Part shown: in pieces, positions 18,165 to 27,979 of the stretch
Numbering within the stretch: the stretch's first letter is position 1
Layout of the letters: every line of letters starts with the position of its first letter
Assembly (NCBI GenBank): GCA_026707145.1
Contig: JAPOXK010000021.1
Coordinates: 311,526-375,525, forward strand
DNA length: 64,000 bases
Direction of reading: 5' to 3'
Origin: Chloroflexota bacterium
Lineage (GTDB): Bacteria; Chloroflexota; Dehalococcoidia; Bin125
The notes under the pieces: generated by a model
Told to the model about the DNA's origin: nothing
Databases searched by the model: none
What the model saw: the letters and a program-made list of their open reading frames with translations, nothing else
Translations under genes and position numbers: made by a program

Positions 18165-19280
18165 TTACGTGGGCCTTCTGCGCGCGTACAAGTCAGTGCC
18201 GACGACCTCAAGTCGCTCGATGAGGGTCGCGACCTGATCCGGCCGCGGGATGGAGAGGCGCACGCAGTCCCGCAGCCGCGGCAGGTCGAAGTAGCGCACG
18301 AAGACGCCATGCTTGGCCAGTGCCTCCTTGAGCGCCCGTCCGTCGCCGTCCCGAACGCGACAGAGAACGAAGTTGGCATCGGAAGGGTAGGGCTCCAACC
18401 AAGGCAGGGCCTGCAGTCGCTCCATGAGGATCGCCCGCGTCTCGACGATCTTGCGCACTCGCTCATCCAGTACCGCGCGGCGCTGCAGCGACGCAATCAC
18501 AGCCGCCTCGCCTGCGATGTTGATGTTGTAGGGCGGCTTGGCTTTGAGCAGCAGCCCGGCAACGGGTTCCGGGAAGATGCCGAAACCCACTCGCAGGCCC
18601 GCCAGCCCCGCCCACTTGCTGAAGGTGCGCAACAGCATGAGCTGCGGATGCCGCCGGAGTTCGTTCACCAGCGAGCGGCCGGCGAACTCCGCATAGGCCT
18701 CATCGACGAGCAGTGGCACTCCAGTAGCGAGCAGCGCCGCAAGCTCCGTCCTGTCCAGCGCATTGCCGGTGGGGTTATTGGGGGAGGCCAGCACGATCAA
18801 GGCCGTAGCGGGTGTGATCGCCGCCTGCACTGCCTCGGCATGCACGCGCCAGTCTTCGCGCCGCGCAACCTCCACGATCGGGATGCCTGCCAAGCCGGCA
18901 GAGAACCGATACATACCAAAGGTGGGCGGACAGCTGATGATCGATTGCCCAGGCGATACGAGGCAGCGAAAGCAGAGATCGATCAGTTCATCCGATCCCG
19001 CCCCCGCAACGATCCGATCCGGTGGCACCTCCACGTAGTCCGCAATCGCCTGACGCAGACGTCCCTGCATTGGGTCCGGATAGCGCTCGTAGCCGGGAAG
19101 CCGTGCGAGCATCTCCGGGACTACGGGCAGGGGACCGAAGGGATTCTCATTGGCGTCGAGCTTGAGCAGATCCGTCGGCGCCAGGCCCGCGACACGCGCC
19201 AGATCCTCAAGCGGCTGCACGGGTTCATAGCCGGGAAGGTCAAGCAGATCCGGGCGGACGGGCGGCAGTTGGTCAGCCAT
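18165..19280 (-). CDS. hisC: histidinol-phosphate aminotransferase
   Basis: 371 aa. It has the PLP-Lys region RTFSKWAGLAGLRVG and ASPNNPTG. Confidence 0.9.
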   Translation of the reverse strand: MADQLPPVRPDLLDLPGYEPVQPLEDLARVAGLAPTDLLKLDANENPFGPLPVVPEMLARLPGYERYPDPMQGRLRQAIADYVEVPPDRIVAGAGSDELIDLCFRCLVSPGQSIISCPPTFGMYRFSAGLAGIPIVEVARREDWRVHAEAVQAAITPATALIVLASPNNPTGNALDRTELAALLATGVPLLVDEAYAEFAGRSLVNELRRHPQLMLLRTFSKWAGLAGLRVGFGIFPEPVAGLLLKAKPPYNINIAGEAAVIASLQRRAVLDERVRKIVETRAILMERLQALPWLEPYPSDANFVLCRVRDGDGRALKEALAKHGVFVRYFDLPRLRDCVRLSIPRPDQVATLIERLEVVGTDLYARRRPT

Positions 19281-19294
19281 GACGGTTACGGCAC

Positions 19295-20686
19295 TCAGCG
19301 GTCGCGCCGTCGAATCGCCAGCGAGCGAGCGTGTCCACCCAGCCCTTCCGCTTCGGCGATGCGCTCGGCGACGGGGCCGATCTCCTGCAGCGTGCTCTCA
19401 GAGAGGTGGACCAGCGTCGTGATCTTGAGGAAGTCGTTCACCGTGAGCGGCGAGGCGTAGCGCGCGCTCCCACCGGTCGGCATGACGTGGCTGGGACCAG
19501 CCGCATAATCGGCCAAGGCCTCCGGCGAGGCCTCGCCGATGAAAAGCCCGCCCGCGTTCGCGATCCGCTCGGCGCGCCGCTCGGCGGCCTCCACTTGCAA
19601 GGCCATGTGCTCCGGTGCGAATTCGTCCGCGAGGGTGAGGGCAGTCTCTACGTCCTCAGCGAGCACGATACCGCCGCGATTGTGGAAGGCGGCCAGCGCG
19701 ATCGCGCCTCGTTCCATTGTGCGAGCGCGCTCGGGCACGATGCGTGCCACCGCTTCGGCAAGCTGCTCGGACGGAGTGATCAGAATCGGGCAGGCCAGTT
19801 CGTCGTGCTCAGCTTGCGCAAGGAGGTCGGCTGAACAGAGCTCGGGGTCGGCGCTGTGGTCCGCGACGATCAACGTCTCCGTAGGGCCGTAGAGCGCGTC
19901 GATGCCAACATCGCCGAAGACTTGGCGTTTGGCGAGCGTCACGAAAATGTTGCCCGGGCCGAAGATCTTGTCGACCGCGGGGATCGATTCCGTTCCGTAG
20001 GCCAAGGCTGCGATCGCCTGTGCGCCACCAACTTTGTAGACCGTTCGCACACCAGCGATCTCCGCTGCTACGAGCTTGAGCGGCGACACCGCACCGGTGG
20101 CGTCGGCGGGACTGGCGATGCAGACGTCCTCGACTCCCGCGACAAGAGCCGGAATCGCCGTATGCAGCACCGTCGACGGGTACACGACCGCGACACCGGG
20201 CACGTAGAGTCCTACGCGCCGCAAGGGCCGCACGCGCTGTCCTTGACCGTCTTCCATAAACGATCGCACGGCGTGCGCCATCTGCCGTTCATGGAAGCGG
20301 CGCACCTGCTCGGCAGCGAGCTGCAGTGCCTGCAAGGTCTCTGGATCAACAGCGTCTCGCGCCGCGCGCATTTCCGCATCGGAGACAAGCCATTCGGCCG
20401 GCGCCGAGCCCTCGATCGCTTCAGTGAAACGGCGCAGGGCGGCGTCGCCCTCGCCACGGACGGCGGTGAGGATGCGGCGCACCGCCTCTTCCGGCCGGAG
20501 GTCGCGATCGCGCTCCTCCCGGCCGAGCATGCGTCGCAGCGCGCCAGCCATCATGGGAGGGATGGGCGTCTCTTCCAGCGGAAGGCGCTGCAGCAGAGAG
20601 GCGCGCGCCGCCGCCGCGCCTCGCACGATCGGCAACACTTGAACGGCCGCCTCCGGCGGCGACTCAGGACGTGGCGAGGTAGTCAC
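19295..20686 (-). CDS. hisD: histidinol dehydrogenase (N-terminus possibly shorter than the listed ORF)
   Basis: 463 aa. It has AQAEHD and the GPTETLIVAD region. The listed 5' end overlaps the next gene by 23 nt. Confidence 0.85.
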   Translation of the reverse strand: MTTSPRPESPPEAAVQVLPIVRGAAAARASLLQRLPLEETPIPPMMAGALRRMLGREERDRDLRPEEAVRRILTAVRGEGDAALRRFTEAIEGSAPAEWLVSDAEMRAARDAVDPETLQALQLAAEQVRRFHERQMAHAVRSFMEDGQGQRVRPLRRVGLYVPGVAVVYPSTVLHTAIPALVAGVEDVCIASPADATGAVSPLKLVAAEIAGVRTVYKVGGAQAIAALAYGTESIPAVDKIFGPGNIFVTLAKRQVFGDVGIDALYGPTETLIVADHSADPELCSADLLAQAEHDELACPILITPSEQLAEAVARIVPERARTMERGAIALAAFHNRGGIVLAEDVETALTLADEFAPEHMALQVEAAERRAERIANAGGLFIGEASPEALADYAAGPSHVMPTGGSARYASPLTVNDFLKITTLVHLSESTLQEIGPVAERIAEAEGLGGHARSLAIRRRDR

Positions 20687-21422
20687 GCAAGCAGACTACC
20701 GCGCGTTCCGTCACGTCTTCAAAGAACGACTCAACAGAGGCGGTATTCACGCTGCGCAGCGCTTCTTGCAACAGCTCCGGTGTCTGTTCGAGGAAGTCAC
20801 GGAAAGTTTCGGGAGTGTCGATTTGCGCATCGCGCAGATGCCGCGCGGCGACTTTCCTGAAGGCCTCCCAATCGGGCGGGCTCTGGGTGATCTCGGCGCT
20901 CACATCACGCCACTTCTCCAGCGTTGGACGATCGATCAGGTCGCATTCGATTGCAAACGGTCCTTCCCGCAGCTGGCCGTACAGCTCCGCCATGCGCGCG
21001 CGATCCTCTCGCTCTCGCCGATCCAACTCGTACTGCAGCACCCGGTCTAAGAGATTAGCCCGGTCGCTGCCCCCGAGAGGAGAGCGAAGACCGAAATGCG
21101 GCCGGTAGATGGTGTGGATGTAGTGCTCATCCATGATCAGGTGGGTGAGAAAGCCGCAGGTCCAGGCACGCGTTTCCGGATTCAGGCCGGCAGGCTCTTG
21201 TAGACCGGGACAGGCTGCAAAAAAGCCCGCGACGCTATCCTGATGACCAAAATTATCAAGATCGAAGAAATGCGTACGGCCGCGTTCCCAGCGCGTCATG
21301 ACCCGCACGTCTGGGGAAGTTGCGCCGAGGACGTAGGCGCCTGCCGCTCCGCGCAAGGCATCGTCGCGCAGCTGTGCAGCAGCGCGACGGGCGGCGATCA
21401 TGTGACTGACAAGTGGGGGCAT
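20664..21422 (-). CDS. zinc-dependent phospholipase C family-like protein
   Basis: 252 aa. THFFDLDNFGH resembles the PLC zinc-site block (S)HFYDPDN. HLIMDEHYIHTIY resembles the H..GD(x)5H zinc-ligand block. It is cytoplasmic, with no signal peptide seen. Confidence 0.4.
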   Translation of the reverse strand: MPPLVSHMIAARRAAAQLRDDALRGAAGAYVLGATSPDVRVMTRWERGRTHFFDLDNFGHQDSVAGFFAACPGLQEPAGLNPETRAWTCGFLTHLIMDEHYIHTIYRPHFGLRSPLGGSDRANLLDRVLQYELDRREREDRARMAELYGQLREGPFAIECDLIDRPTLEKWRDVSAEITQSPPDWEAFRKVAARHLRDAQIDTPETFRDFLEQTPELLQEALRSVNTASVESFFEDVTERAVVCLRDYLATS

Positions 21423-21497
21423 CGGTCCAGTCCACAGTGTACCGAGGCTTGGAGCCTACCAGCGCGTGCGTATCCATATAATCAAGGAGCACGTACG

Positions 21498-23135
21498 ATG
21501 TGGCACTCGCTGATCAGCAGGACCGCCGGTTCGAAAATCCTGGACTCGGGAAGAGCAGGCGGGCGCCGCCTCGCAGCAACCGTGCTGCTGCTCGGCGGTC
21601 TGATCGCGCTGGCCTGCAGTAGCGACGATGCACCGGTCGGCGCCGTCCACATCAGCACCGTGGACGGCAGCATCACCCCTGTCACGGCCGACTTCATCGA
21701 TCGCGCGCTGGACCGAGCTGAGAAGAATGCAGCCACACTTTGGGTGCTCCTGCTCGACACTCCAGGCGGCCTTGTGACCGCCACCGACGATATCGTCCAG
21801 CGCTTTGAGGCAGCGGAAGTCCCCGTTGCGGTCTACGTCAGCCCACTCGGCGCGCAAGCGGCGTCTGCGGGGACATTCATCACAATGGCGGCCCACATCG
21901 CCGCGATGGCGCCGAGCACACAGATCGGCGCGGCCACGCCGGTGGGCAGTGGAGGCGAGGAGATCGAGGGCGATCTAGGCGCCAAAGTAAAGAACGATAC
22001 GGCTGCCGATATCCGGGGAATCGCGGAACTCCGCGGCCGTAACGCCGATTGGGCCGAACGCGCCGTCCGCGAGGCTGTCTCCGCCACGGCGAGCGAGGCA
22101 CTCGCACTCAACGTGATCGATCTGGTAGCCAGCAGCCGCGACGACCTCTTGGCGCAGGTCGATGGGTGGGTGGTGGAGCTGGGGCCGGGACGGCCGCGTG
22201 TGAGGGTGCAGAGCGCGGAAGCCCTGCGCGTCGAGACGAATATGAATCTCTTGGAGCAGGTGCTGGCCTTGCTCAGCGACCCGAATATCGCCTTCTTGCT
22301 ACTCAGCCTCGGCGGCCTCGCGCTGGTGATTGAAGTGGTCACGGGCTTCGGCAGCAGCGGTGCGGTAGCCGCGTTCGGCATCATCGCGCTGATCTTGGCG
22401 TTCTTCTCACTGGGCACGCTCGACGCCAACCCGGCCGGGATCGCGTTGGTGCTGATGGCGTTCGTCCTGTTCGCAGCGGAGGCGCTCATCGCCGGCTTCG
22501 GGGCCTTCGGTGTCGGCGGCGTGATCTCGCTGATCTTGGGGGGGCTGTTCCTGATCTCCGACACGCCCGATGCGGAAGGTGTCTCGATCTGGGTGCTGGC
22601 CGGCATCGCCGCGGCGATCGCGCTGCTCCTCGCTTGGCTCTATCTGCTGGTGCTGGGGGCGCGCCGCGCGCATGCGATTCAGCCCAGCCAGACCGCACGC
22701 GTCGTGGGAGGAGAGGGGATCACACAGTCCCCATTAGACCCCGAAGGCACGGTCCTCATCTCATCCGAGCTGTGGACGGCGCGCAGTGCCGCAACCCCTA
22801 TTCCTGCGCACACGCGTGTGCGGGTGCTCCGCGTGGAGGAGCTTTGCCTAGTCGTCAAACCGAGCGACGAGAACGTCTCGGAGACTCCCGCAGCACGTGG
22901 ATTGGTAGGCAAGGAGGGGGTAACACGATCCGCTATCGATCCCGCCGGTACCGTCCTCGTCCGATCCGAGTTGTGGACGGCACGCAGCCGAGGCGGCGAG
23001 ATCCCAGCGGAGACCCGTGTGCGCGTAGTCGCGAGCGAGGGACTGCACCTGATCGTAGAGGCGCTTGATGAACCACAGCCGCGGAGCGCCGGTCCTCCTC
23101 CCCCACTCGAGCCGCGACCAGAGGTACAGCGCTAG
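21498..23135 (+). CDS. NfeD-family membrane-bound ClpP-class serine protease with two tandem C-terminal OB-fold domains
   Basis: The ATG at 21498 is preceded by AAGGAG. It has an N-terminal TM segment, a ClpP-like protease core (LLDTPGG, AASAGTFI), multiple TM helices, then two repeats ARVVGGEGITQSPLDPEGTVLISSELWTARS...VRVLRVEELCLVVKP and ARGLVGKEGVTRSAIDPAGTVLVRSELWTARS...VRVVASEGLHLIVEA. The listed ORF 21243..23135 begins upstream and overlaps the divergent gene. Confidence 0.75.
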   Translation: MWHSLISRTAGSKILDSGRAGGRRLAATVLLLGGLIALACSSDDAPVGAVHISTVDGSITPVTADFIDRALDRAEKNAATLWVLLLDTPGGLVTATDDIVQRFEAAEVPVAVYVSPLGAQAASAGTFITMAAHIAAMAPSTQIGAATPVGSGGEEIEGDLGAKVKNDTAADIRGIAELRGRNADWAERAVREAVSATASEALALNVIDLVASSRDDLLAQVDGWVVELGPGRPRVRVQSAEALRVETNMNLLEQVLALLSDPNIAFLLLSLGGLALVIEVVTGFGSSGAVAAFGIIALILAFFSLGTLDANPAGIALVLMAFVLFAAEALIAGFGAFGVGGVISLILGGLFLISDTPDAEGVSIWVLAGIAAAIALLLAWLYLLVLGARRAHAIQPSQTARVVGGEGITQSPLDPEGTVLISSELWTARSAATPIPAHTRVRVLRVEELCLVVKPSDENVSETPAARGLVGKEGVTRSAIDPAGTVLVRSELWTARSRGGEIPAETRVRVVASEGLHLIVEALDEPQPRSAGPPPPLEPRPEVQR

Positions 23136-23941
23136 CTGCCGGCAGCAGGGGCGTAATCGACCACCTCAGCGGCGGTGACCCGCAAAAGTGTCCCTGACTC
23201 TACGCGCAACAACAGCGTGCCGTCCTCCTCGACGCCCTCGGCCAATCCCTCGATCAAGCCATCACTCGTCTGGAGCCTGAGCGCGCGGCCCAGCGAGTCG
23301 AGCCGGGAGCACCAGCCCGTGAAGAGCGTGTCGCTCTCGGCACCGTCGTAGGCGCGTTCCAAGGCGTTGCACAGCGCGGAGAGCAGCGGCTCACGCAGCA
23401 CGGCGCGGCCGCGCTCAAGGGCGAGACTAGTAACGGGCTGAGCCAACTCTTGGGAATATGGGGATGGATCGAAGTTGACGTCCACACCAATGCCTAGAAG
23501 CGCGAAGGTCGGACGCACTCCCTCCCATTCCGCTTCGATGAGAATGCCCGCGAACTTCTTCCCGTCGAGCTGCAGATCATTGGGCCACTTGATCCGGGGA
23601 AAGAGCCCGTAGAGCTGCTCAACCGCGTTGGCGATCGCGACGGCGGTGAGCATGCTCAGGCGCTGGAGCTTGGCGGGGGTCGGCCGCAGAACAACGGTGG
23701 CATGCAAATTCTCCCCGGGAGGCGAGACCCAGGCGCGGCCCTTGGTGCCGCGCCCGGCGCGTTGCTCTTCCGCGAGGACGAGCGTACCGGTGGTGGCGCC
23801 CTTGAGCGCCGCCTTGCGCCCTTCATCCATAGTCGATGTCGTACGGCGTTTGTAGGCGAGTTCGCGGCCGAGCCAACGCGTGCGCAAGCCCGCCTGCACG
23901 GCCTTGAGATTGAGAGTTGCGGACGAGGCTGCCGAGGTCAC
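23132..23941 (-). CDS. birA: biotin--[acetyl-CoA-carboxylase] ligase (no N-terminal HTH)
   Basis: 269 aa. It has LVLAEEQRAGRGTKGRAW and KWPNDL. Confidence 0.85.
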   Translation of the reverse strand: MTSAASSATLNLKAVQAGLRTRWLGRELAYKRRTTSTMDEGRKAALKGATTGTLVLAEEQRAGRGTKGRAWVSPPGENLHATVVLRPTPAKLQRLSMLTAVAIANAVEQLYGLFPRIKWPNDLQLDGKKFAGILIEAEWEGVRPTFALLGIGVDVNFDPSPYSQELAQPVTSLALERGRAVLREPLLSALCNALERAYDGAESDTLFTGWCSRLDSLGRALRLQTSDGLIEGLAEGVEEDGTLLLRVESGTLLRVTAAEVVDYAPAAGS

Positions 23942-23955
23942 CTGATCACCGTATG

Positions 23956-23994
23956 CAAAACGCCGCCTTCGTCAAAGACGAGGACGGCGTTTTG
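23956..23994. terminator. GC-rich hairpin (candidate terminator or attenuator) upstream of birA and 190 nt downstream of the aminotransferase
   Basis: There are perfect 10-bp inverted arms, caaaacgccg and cggcgttttg, separated by about 19 nt. The U-run is weak on either strand. Confidence 0.3.
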
Positions 23995-24180
23995 CGTGTG
24001 GTCGCCAAGAGGGCGGCCAACTAGCCCACGCTCACCTCAGAGGCAAGGCGGGCGATGCTCCGCACTGCTTGGCTTCCACGACAAGCTAAGTCGTCCAGAA
24101 AGCATCACCTCCTTTCCTGCCTGCCACGCTAGCACTGGCGGCCGGAAAGCGGCAACGATGAAGCGCTGGCGCCGCGTGCG

Positions 24181-25533
24181 CTAGGCCCCAGCGGTGACCG
24201 CTTTCACGCCCTCACGGATGATCTCCAGCATCTCATCGACCTGTTGCGCACTGATAATCAACGGCGGCGCGAAGACGACGTGATCATTGCGGAAACGCGA
24301 GACGAGTCCGCGCTCCTTCATGGCCTCAATGAGCTGTGCGCCCATCATCAAGTCCGCATCAAAGCGAATCTCGTTCTCAGGGTCTCGCAGCAGCTCGAAG
24401 GCGCACATCAGGCCGAGGCCTCGCACGTGCCCGACATGGGGCATTTCGGCTAGCGACTGCAGGCCGGCAAGCAGCTGCGCACCACGTCTCGCCGCATTCT
24501 CTACGAGATGCTCCTCCTCAATGATCTGCAGGTTGCGCAGCGCGACCGCCGAGCCAACAGGGTGCCCGCTGGTGGTGTAGGCATGCATGAATTTGCGGTT
24601 GGGGTCGGTTTTGGCGATCGTCTCGTGCACTTTCTGAGACCAGATAGCCGCTCCGAAAGGCAGGTAGCCACTGGTGATCGCCTTGGAAACGGAGACGAGA
24701 TCAGGCTGGACTCCCCAATGATCCAAGGCAAACCAGGTGCCGGTGCGACCAAAGCCCGTGATGACTTCGTCGGCGATCAGAAGGATCTCGTAGTGGTCGC
24801 AGAGCTCGCGGAGCCGGGGAAAGTAATCGTCCTCTGGGGGAAAGACGCCTCCGGCACCCTGCACGGGCTCGGAGAGCACCGCCGCGACCCGGGCGGGGCC
24901 AAGGCGCTCGATCGCCTCGACAATGGCGTCGAGGCAGCCGTTGCACTGGCCGTTCATTCGACAAGAGGGTGCTTGGCATGCCCCCTCCCGCCGCGCGGCC
25001 ACGATCTCAGGGTTGCGGGGCTCGAAATTATCCCAGTAGACCGTCATGCCGGTGGCGCTCATCGCGCCGAGCGTCGTGCCGTGGTAGCCCCAAGCGCGAC
25101 TGATGATCTTGTTCTTCTCCGGCTTACCGTTGAATTCCCAGTAGAACCGGGCGGCCTTGAAGTTCGTCTCGTTCGAGTCCGAGCCGGTGTTGGCCAAGAA
25201 GACGCCCGACATATTGTCATAGGTAAGGTCGAGTAGCTTCGCGGCGAGGCGAATGGCGGGTTCGTTGGCGTAGCCCGCGTAGTTACTGTTGAAGCCCAGC
25301 CGCCGCATCTGCTCCGCGGCAGCGTCCGCTAGCTCCGTGCGTCCGTGCCCGACCGCCACGTTCCAGAGGCCGGAAAGCGCGTCGATATAGCGCTTGCCGT
25401 CGGCACCGAACAGGTGGATCCCATCGCCGCGTTCGTAGACGATGGGCACCTCTTGGACGGCCGGATGGTTGAGCGGATGTACCCAGTGGGCTTGGTCGAG
25501 GCGAACGAGTTCCCGGTACGTCTCTCCGTCCAT
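24181..25533 (-). CDS. class III (aspartate aminotransferase family) PLP-dependent aminotransferase, omega-transaminase-like
   Basis: 450 aa. It has LWNVAVGHGR, ADEVITGFGRTG and a PLP-Lys region SVSKAITSGYLPFGA. It contains a Cys-rich insertion, ACQAPSCRMNGQCNGC. Confidence 0.8.
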   Translation of the reverse strand: MDGETYRELVRLDQAHWVHPLNHPAVQEVPIVYERGDGIHLFGADGKRYIDALSGLWNVAVGHGRTELADAAAEQMRRLGFNSNYAGYANEPAIRLAAKLLDLTYDNMSGVFLANTGSDSNETNFKAARFYWEFNGKPEKNKIISRAWGYHGTTLGAMSATGMTVYWDNFEPRNPEIVAARREGACQAPSCRMNGQCNGCLDAIVEAIERLGPARVAAVLSEPVQGAGGVFPPEDDYFPRLRELCDHYEILLIADEVITGFGRTGTWFALDHWGVQPDLVSVSKAITSGYLPFGAAIWSQKVHETIAKTDPNRKFMHAYTTSGHPVGSAVALRNLQIIEEEHLVENAARRGAQLLAGLQSLAEMPHVGHVRGLGLMCAFELLRDPENEIRFDADLMMGAQLIEAMKERGLVSRFRNDHVVFAPPLIISAQQVDEMLEIIREGVKAVTAGA

Positions 25534-25585
25534 GCCGCTCCTCCCACCTCCCGATAAGCTATCGGGAGACTACAGCATCGTCCTG

Positions 25586-27118
25586 CTAGGTTCGGGCGGC
25601 GAGCAAGGCACGGCTGATCTCACGATCGTCCCAAGCTTGGGTCCGGTCGGCGAAGATCAGCGTCTGCTCCGCACCCTTCCCGGCGATCAAGACATAGTCG
25701 TCCGGCCGAGCGAGATCGAAGGCTCGTGCGATCGCGGCGCGCCGGTCCGGCTCTTCTTCAAAGTCGCGGCCGCGGCGGCGCCCGGCGGCCTCCAGGGCAG
25801 CTGCGATCTCGAGCACAATTGCGGAAGGCTCTTCGGAACGGGGGTTTTCGCTGGTCACCACGCTGTAGTCGGCGTATCGCGCCGCCACGGCACCCATGCC
25901 ACTGCGCCGACCGGGATCACGCTCGCCCGCGCAGCCAAAAACCAAGATCAGCCGACCGCGGAGAAGCGGCCGCACCGACTCCATGACCACGCGCAATGCA
26001 TCGGTAGTGGCCGCTGCATCTACCACCACCGTGTAGGGCTGACCGCAGTCGATCCGCTCCATCCTGCCGGGAACCGTCTGCACGGCGCTGAGGCCGGCCG
26101 CGATCGCCGCAGGCTCGATTCCAAGCGCGTGCGTCGCACCCGCCGCAGCGAGAGCATTGCGCACGTTGAACCGTGCGGGTAACGCGAGCTCGACCCGCGT
26201 ATCTCCGACCGGCGTCCGCAGCGTGAAGGCCGAACCCGTCGCGGATTGGCGGAGATCGGTCACCGTCAAGTCCAGATCCGCCGCGTCCAAGCCGACCCGC
26301 ACTATCGGCGCGGCTGTAGCGGCGGCGAAAAACGCTGCCTCGGCATCGTCCGCGTTGACGACCCCACGCTTGTCCGTTCCCTTATCGGCGGAGAGGTCCA
26401 GTGCGCGGAAGAGAGCAGCTTTCGCGTCGCGGTAGGCAGCGCGTGTTTCGTGAAAATCGAGGTGGTCGTCGGAGAGACCCGTAAAGACCGCGATATCGAA
26501 TTCGCAATGATCGAGTCGATGCAGCGCCAAGCCGTGGGAAGTGGACTCGACTACGGCGTGCGTGACTCCTGCGCCGGCCATCTCCGCGAGCAGCTCCTGC
26601 ACCAAAGGAGACTCGGGGCTGGTCTGCGTGCGATCGTTCATACGCCACTCATTGGCGATCTTGAATTGCACCCCACCGATCAGACCATTGCACCGGCCAG
26701 CCGCTTCGAGAATGGCGGCGATCAGATAGCAGGTTGTGCTCTTACCGTCGGTGCCGGTAACGCCCACGACCGTCATCGATCGCGCGGGATAGCCGTAGAA
26801 CGCGGCGGCAAGGTCGGCCAAGGCGGCACGCGTGTCCGCTACAACCGCAATCACTGCGTGCGAGTACTGGAGAAGGGGCGCCCAAAGCGCGCGCCGGTCC
26901 GCCTGTACAACGAAGGCGCGCGCGCCACGGCGGTAAGCCTCCGTGAGAAACCGGTGTCCGTCGACGTGGAAACCCGGGACAGCAACGAAGCATGCACCTG
27001 CCTCCGCGGTGCGCGAATCTTGTGTCACCGCAGGGATGGGCAGACCGGCCTCGCCATGCCACTGGAGCACGGGCGTCGCAGCGAGAAGATCGGAGAGAGT
27101 ACGTCGCGTTTCCGCCAT
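25586..27118 (-). CDS. murE: UDP-N-acetylmuramoyl-L-alanyl-D-glutamate--2,6-diaminopimelate ligase
   Basis: 510 aa. It has VVGVTGTDGKSTTCYL, the DNADD region and the Mur ligase C-terminal domain. Confidence 0.9.
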   Translation of the reverse strand: MAETRRTLSDLLAATPVLQWHGEAGLPIPAVTQDSRTAEAGACFVAVPGFHVDGHRFLTEAYRRGARAFVVQADRRALWAPLLQYSHAVIAVVADTRAALADLAAAFYGYPARSMTVVGVTGTDGKSTTCYLIAAILEAAGRCNGLIGGVQFKIANEWRMNDRTQTSPESPLVQELLAEMAGAGVTHAVVESTSHGLALHRLDHCEFDIAVFTGLSDDHLDFHETRAAYRDAKAALFRALDLSADKGTDKRGVVNADDAEAAFFAAATAAPIVRVGLDAADLDLTVTDLRQSATGSAFTLRTPVGDTRVELALPARFNVRNALAAAGATHALGIEPAAIAAGLSAVQTVPGRMERIDCGQPYTVVVDAAATTDALRVVMESVRPLLRGRLILVFGCAGERDPGRRSGMGAVAARYADYSVVTSENPRSEEPSAIVLEIAAALEAAGRRRGRDFEEEPDRRAAIARAFDLARPDDYVLIAGKGAEQTLIFADRTQAWDDREISRALLAART

Positions 27119-27139
27119 CCATCACCTGCGTAGCTGGGA

Positions 27140-27520
27140 CTCAAGGGCCAGGTGGCCTGTAAGCCGAGTTCTGTTCCCGCCGCCGCTGCGGCGGGCGGTG
27201 ACCATCTCTCTGGGGCGGCGGTTACCCGCCGCCTCTAGCGACCTACCCGAGGGCGAGCCGAGACTCCCATGGCCCTCCTATGCGGTCTTGCTCCGGGCGG
27301 GGCTTGCCCAGCCGGCCGGTCACCCGACCGCTGGTGCGCTCTTACCGCACCATTTCACCCTTACCTCGCGCCGCCAAGCGGGAGGCGGTTTGTTTCTGTG
27401 GCGCTTTCCTGAGGGTCACCCCTACTGGGAGTTACCCAGCGCCCCGTCTCGGTGGAGCTCGGACTTTCCTCGACCTCCCATGTTCAAGAGGCCGCGGCCA
27501 CCCGGCCACCTGGCCCGTGG
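27140..27520 (-). ncRNA. rnpB: RNase P RNA, bacterial type A
   Basis: The minus-strand sequence contains the universal blocks GAGGAAAGUCCGAGCUCC (the P4 5' strand), GGUAAGGGUGAAAUGGUGCGGUAAGAGCGCACCAG and ACAGAACUCGGCUUAC (the P4 3' strand). P1 pairing is GGGCCAGGUGGCC (5', about 27504-27516) with GGCCACCUGGCCC (3', about 27145-27158). Ends are approximate to within 10 nt. Confidence 0.9.
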
Positions 27521-27566
27521 TGATCGTACACCCGCGGCCCGGCGCGTTGGGACCGAAGCGACGTGC

Positions 27567-27974
27567 TCAGTCTGGCTCTTTACCATCAAGGGCGGCGTTC
27601 GCCAGCGCATCCGCGCGGCGGTTCTGCTCGCGCGGGACGTGGTCAACGCTGAACCGAACGAATTGATCGGAGAGCGTGTCGAGCTCTCGATAGAGGGGCT
27701 TGAGCCGCTCGTGGCGCACGCGATAGCTCCCCTGAAGCTGCCGCACGACCAACTGGGAGTCGAGCCGCAGCTGAAGCTCGGTGGCGCCAAGCTCAAGGGC
27801 GGCGCGCACGGCAGCGATGGCGGCACGGTACTCGGCTTCGTTATTGGTCCCGCGGCCGATCGCCTGTGCAATACGGCGCAACTCGTTCCCATCGTGGTCG
27901 AGGACGACGGCGCCACAAGCGGCCGGGCCTGGATTCCCGCGCGCGGCACCGTCGGCGTAAGCGATCAGGCGCAC
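27567..27974 (-). CDS. rnhA: ribonuclease HI family protein
   Basis: 135 aa with a GTG start. It has YADGAARGNPGPAACGAVV, the NNEAEY and DSQLVV regions, and a C-terminal D in HVPREQNRRADALAN, the RNase H-like catalytic DEDD arrangement. Confidence 0.8.
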   Translation of the reverse strand: MRLIAYADGAARGNPGPAACGAVVLDHDGNELRRIAQAIGRGTNNEAEYRAAIAAVRAALELGATELQLRLDSQLVVRQLQGSYRVRHERLKPLYRELDTLSDQFVRFSVDHVPREQNRRADALANAALDGKEPD

Positions 27975-27979
27975 GCGCG

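Noticed and set aside
27280-27666. A plus-strand 128-aa ORF and other short ORFs overlapping 27140-27520.
   Set aside because: The region is explained by the minus-strand RNase P RNA, which carries all its universal sequence blocks. The ORFs are incidental.
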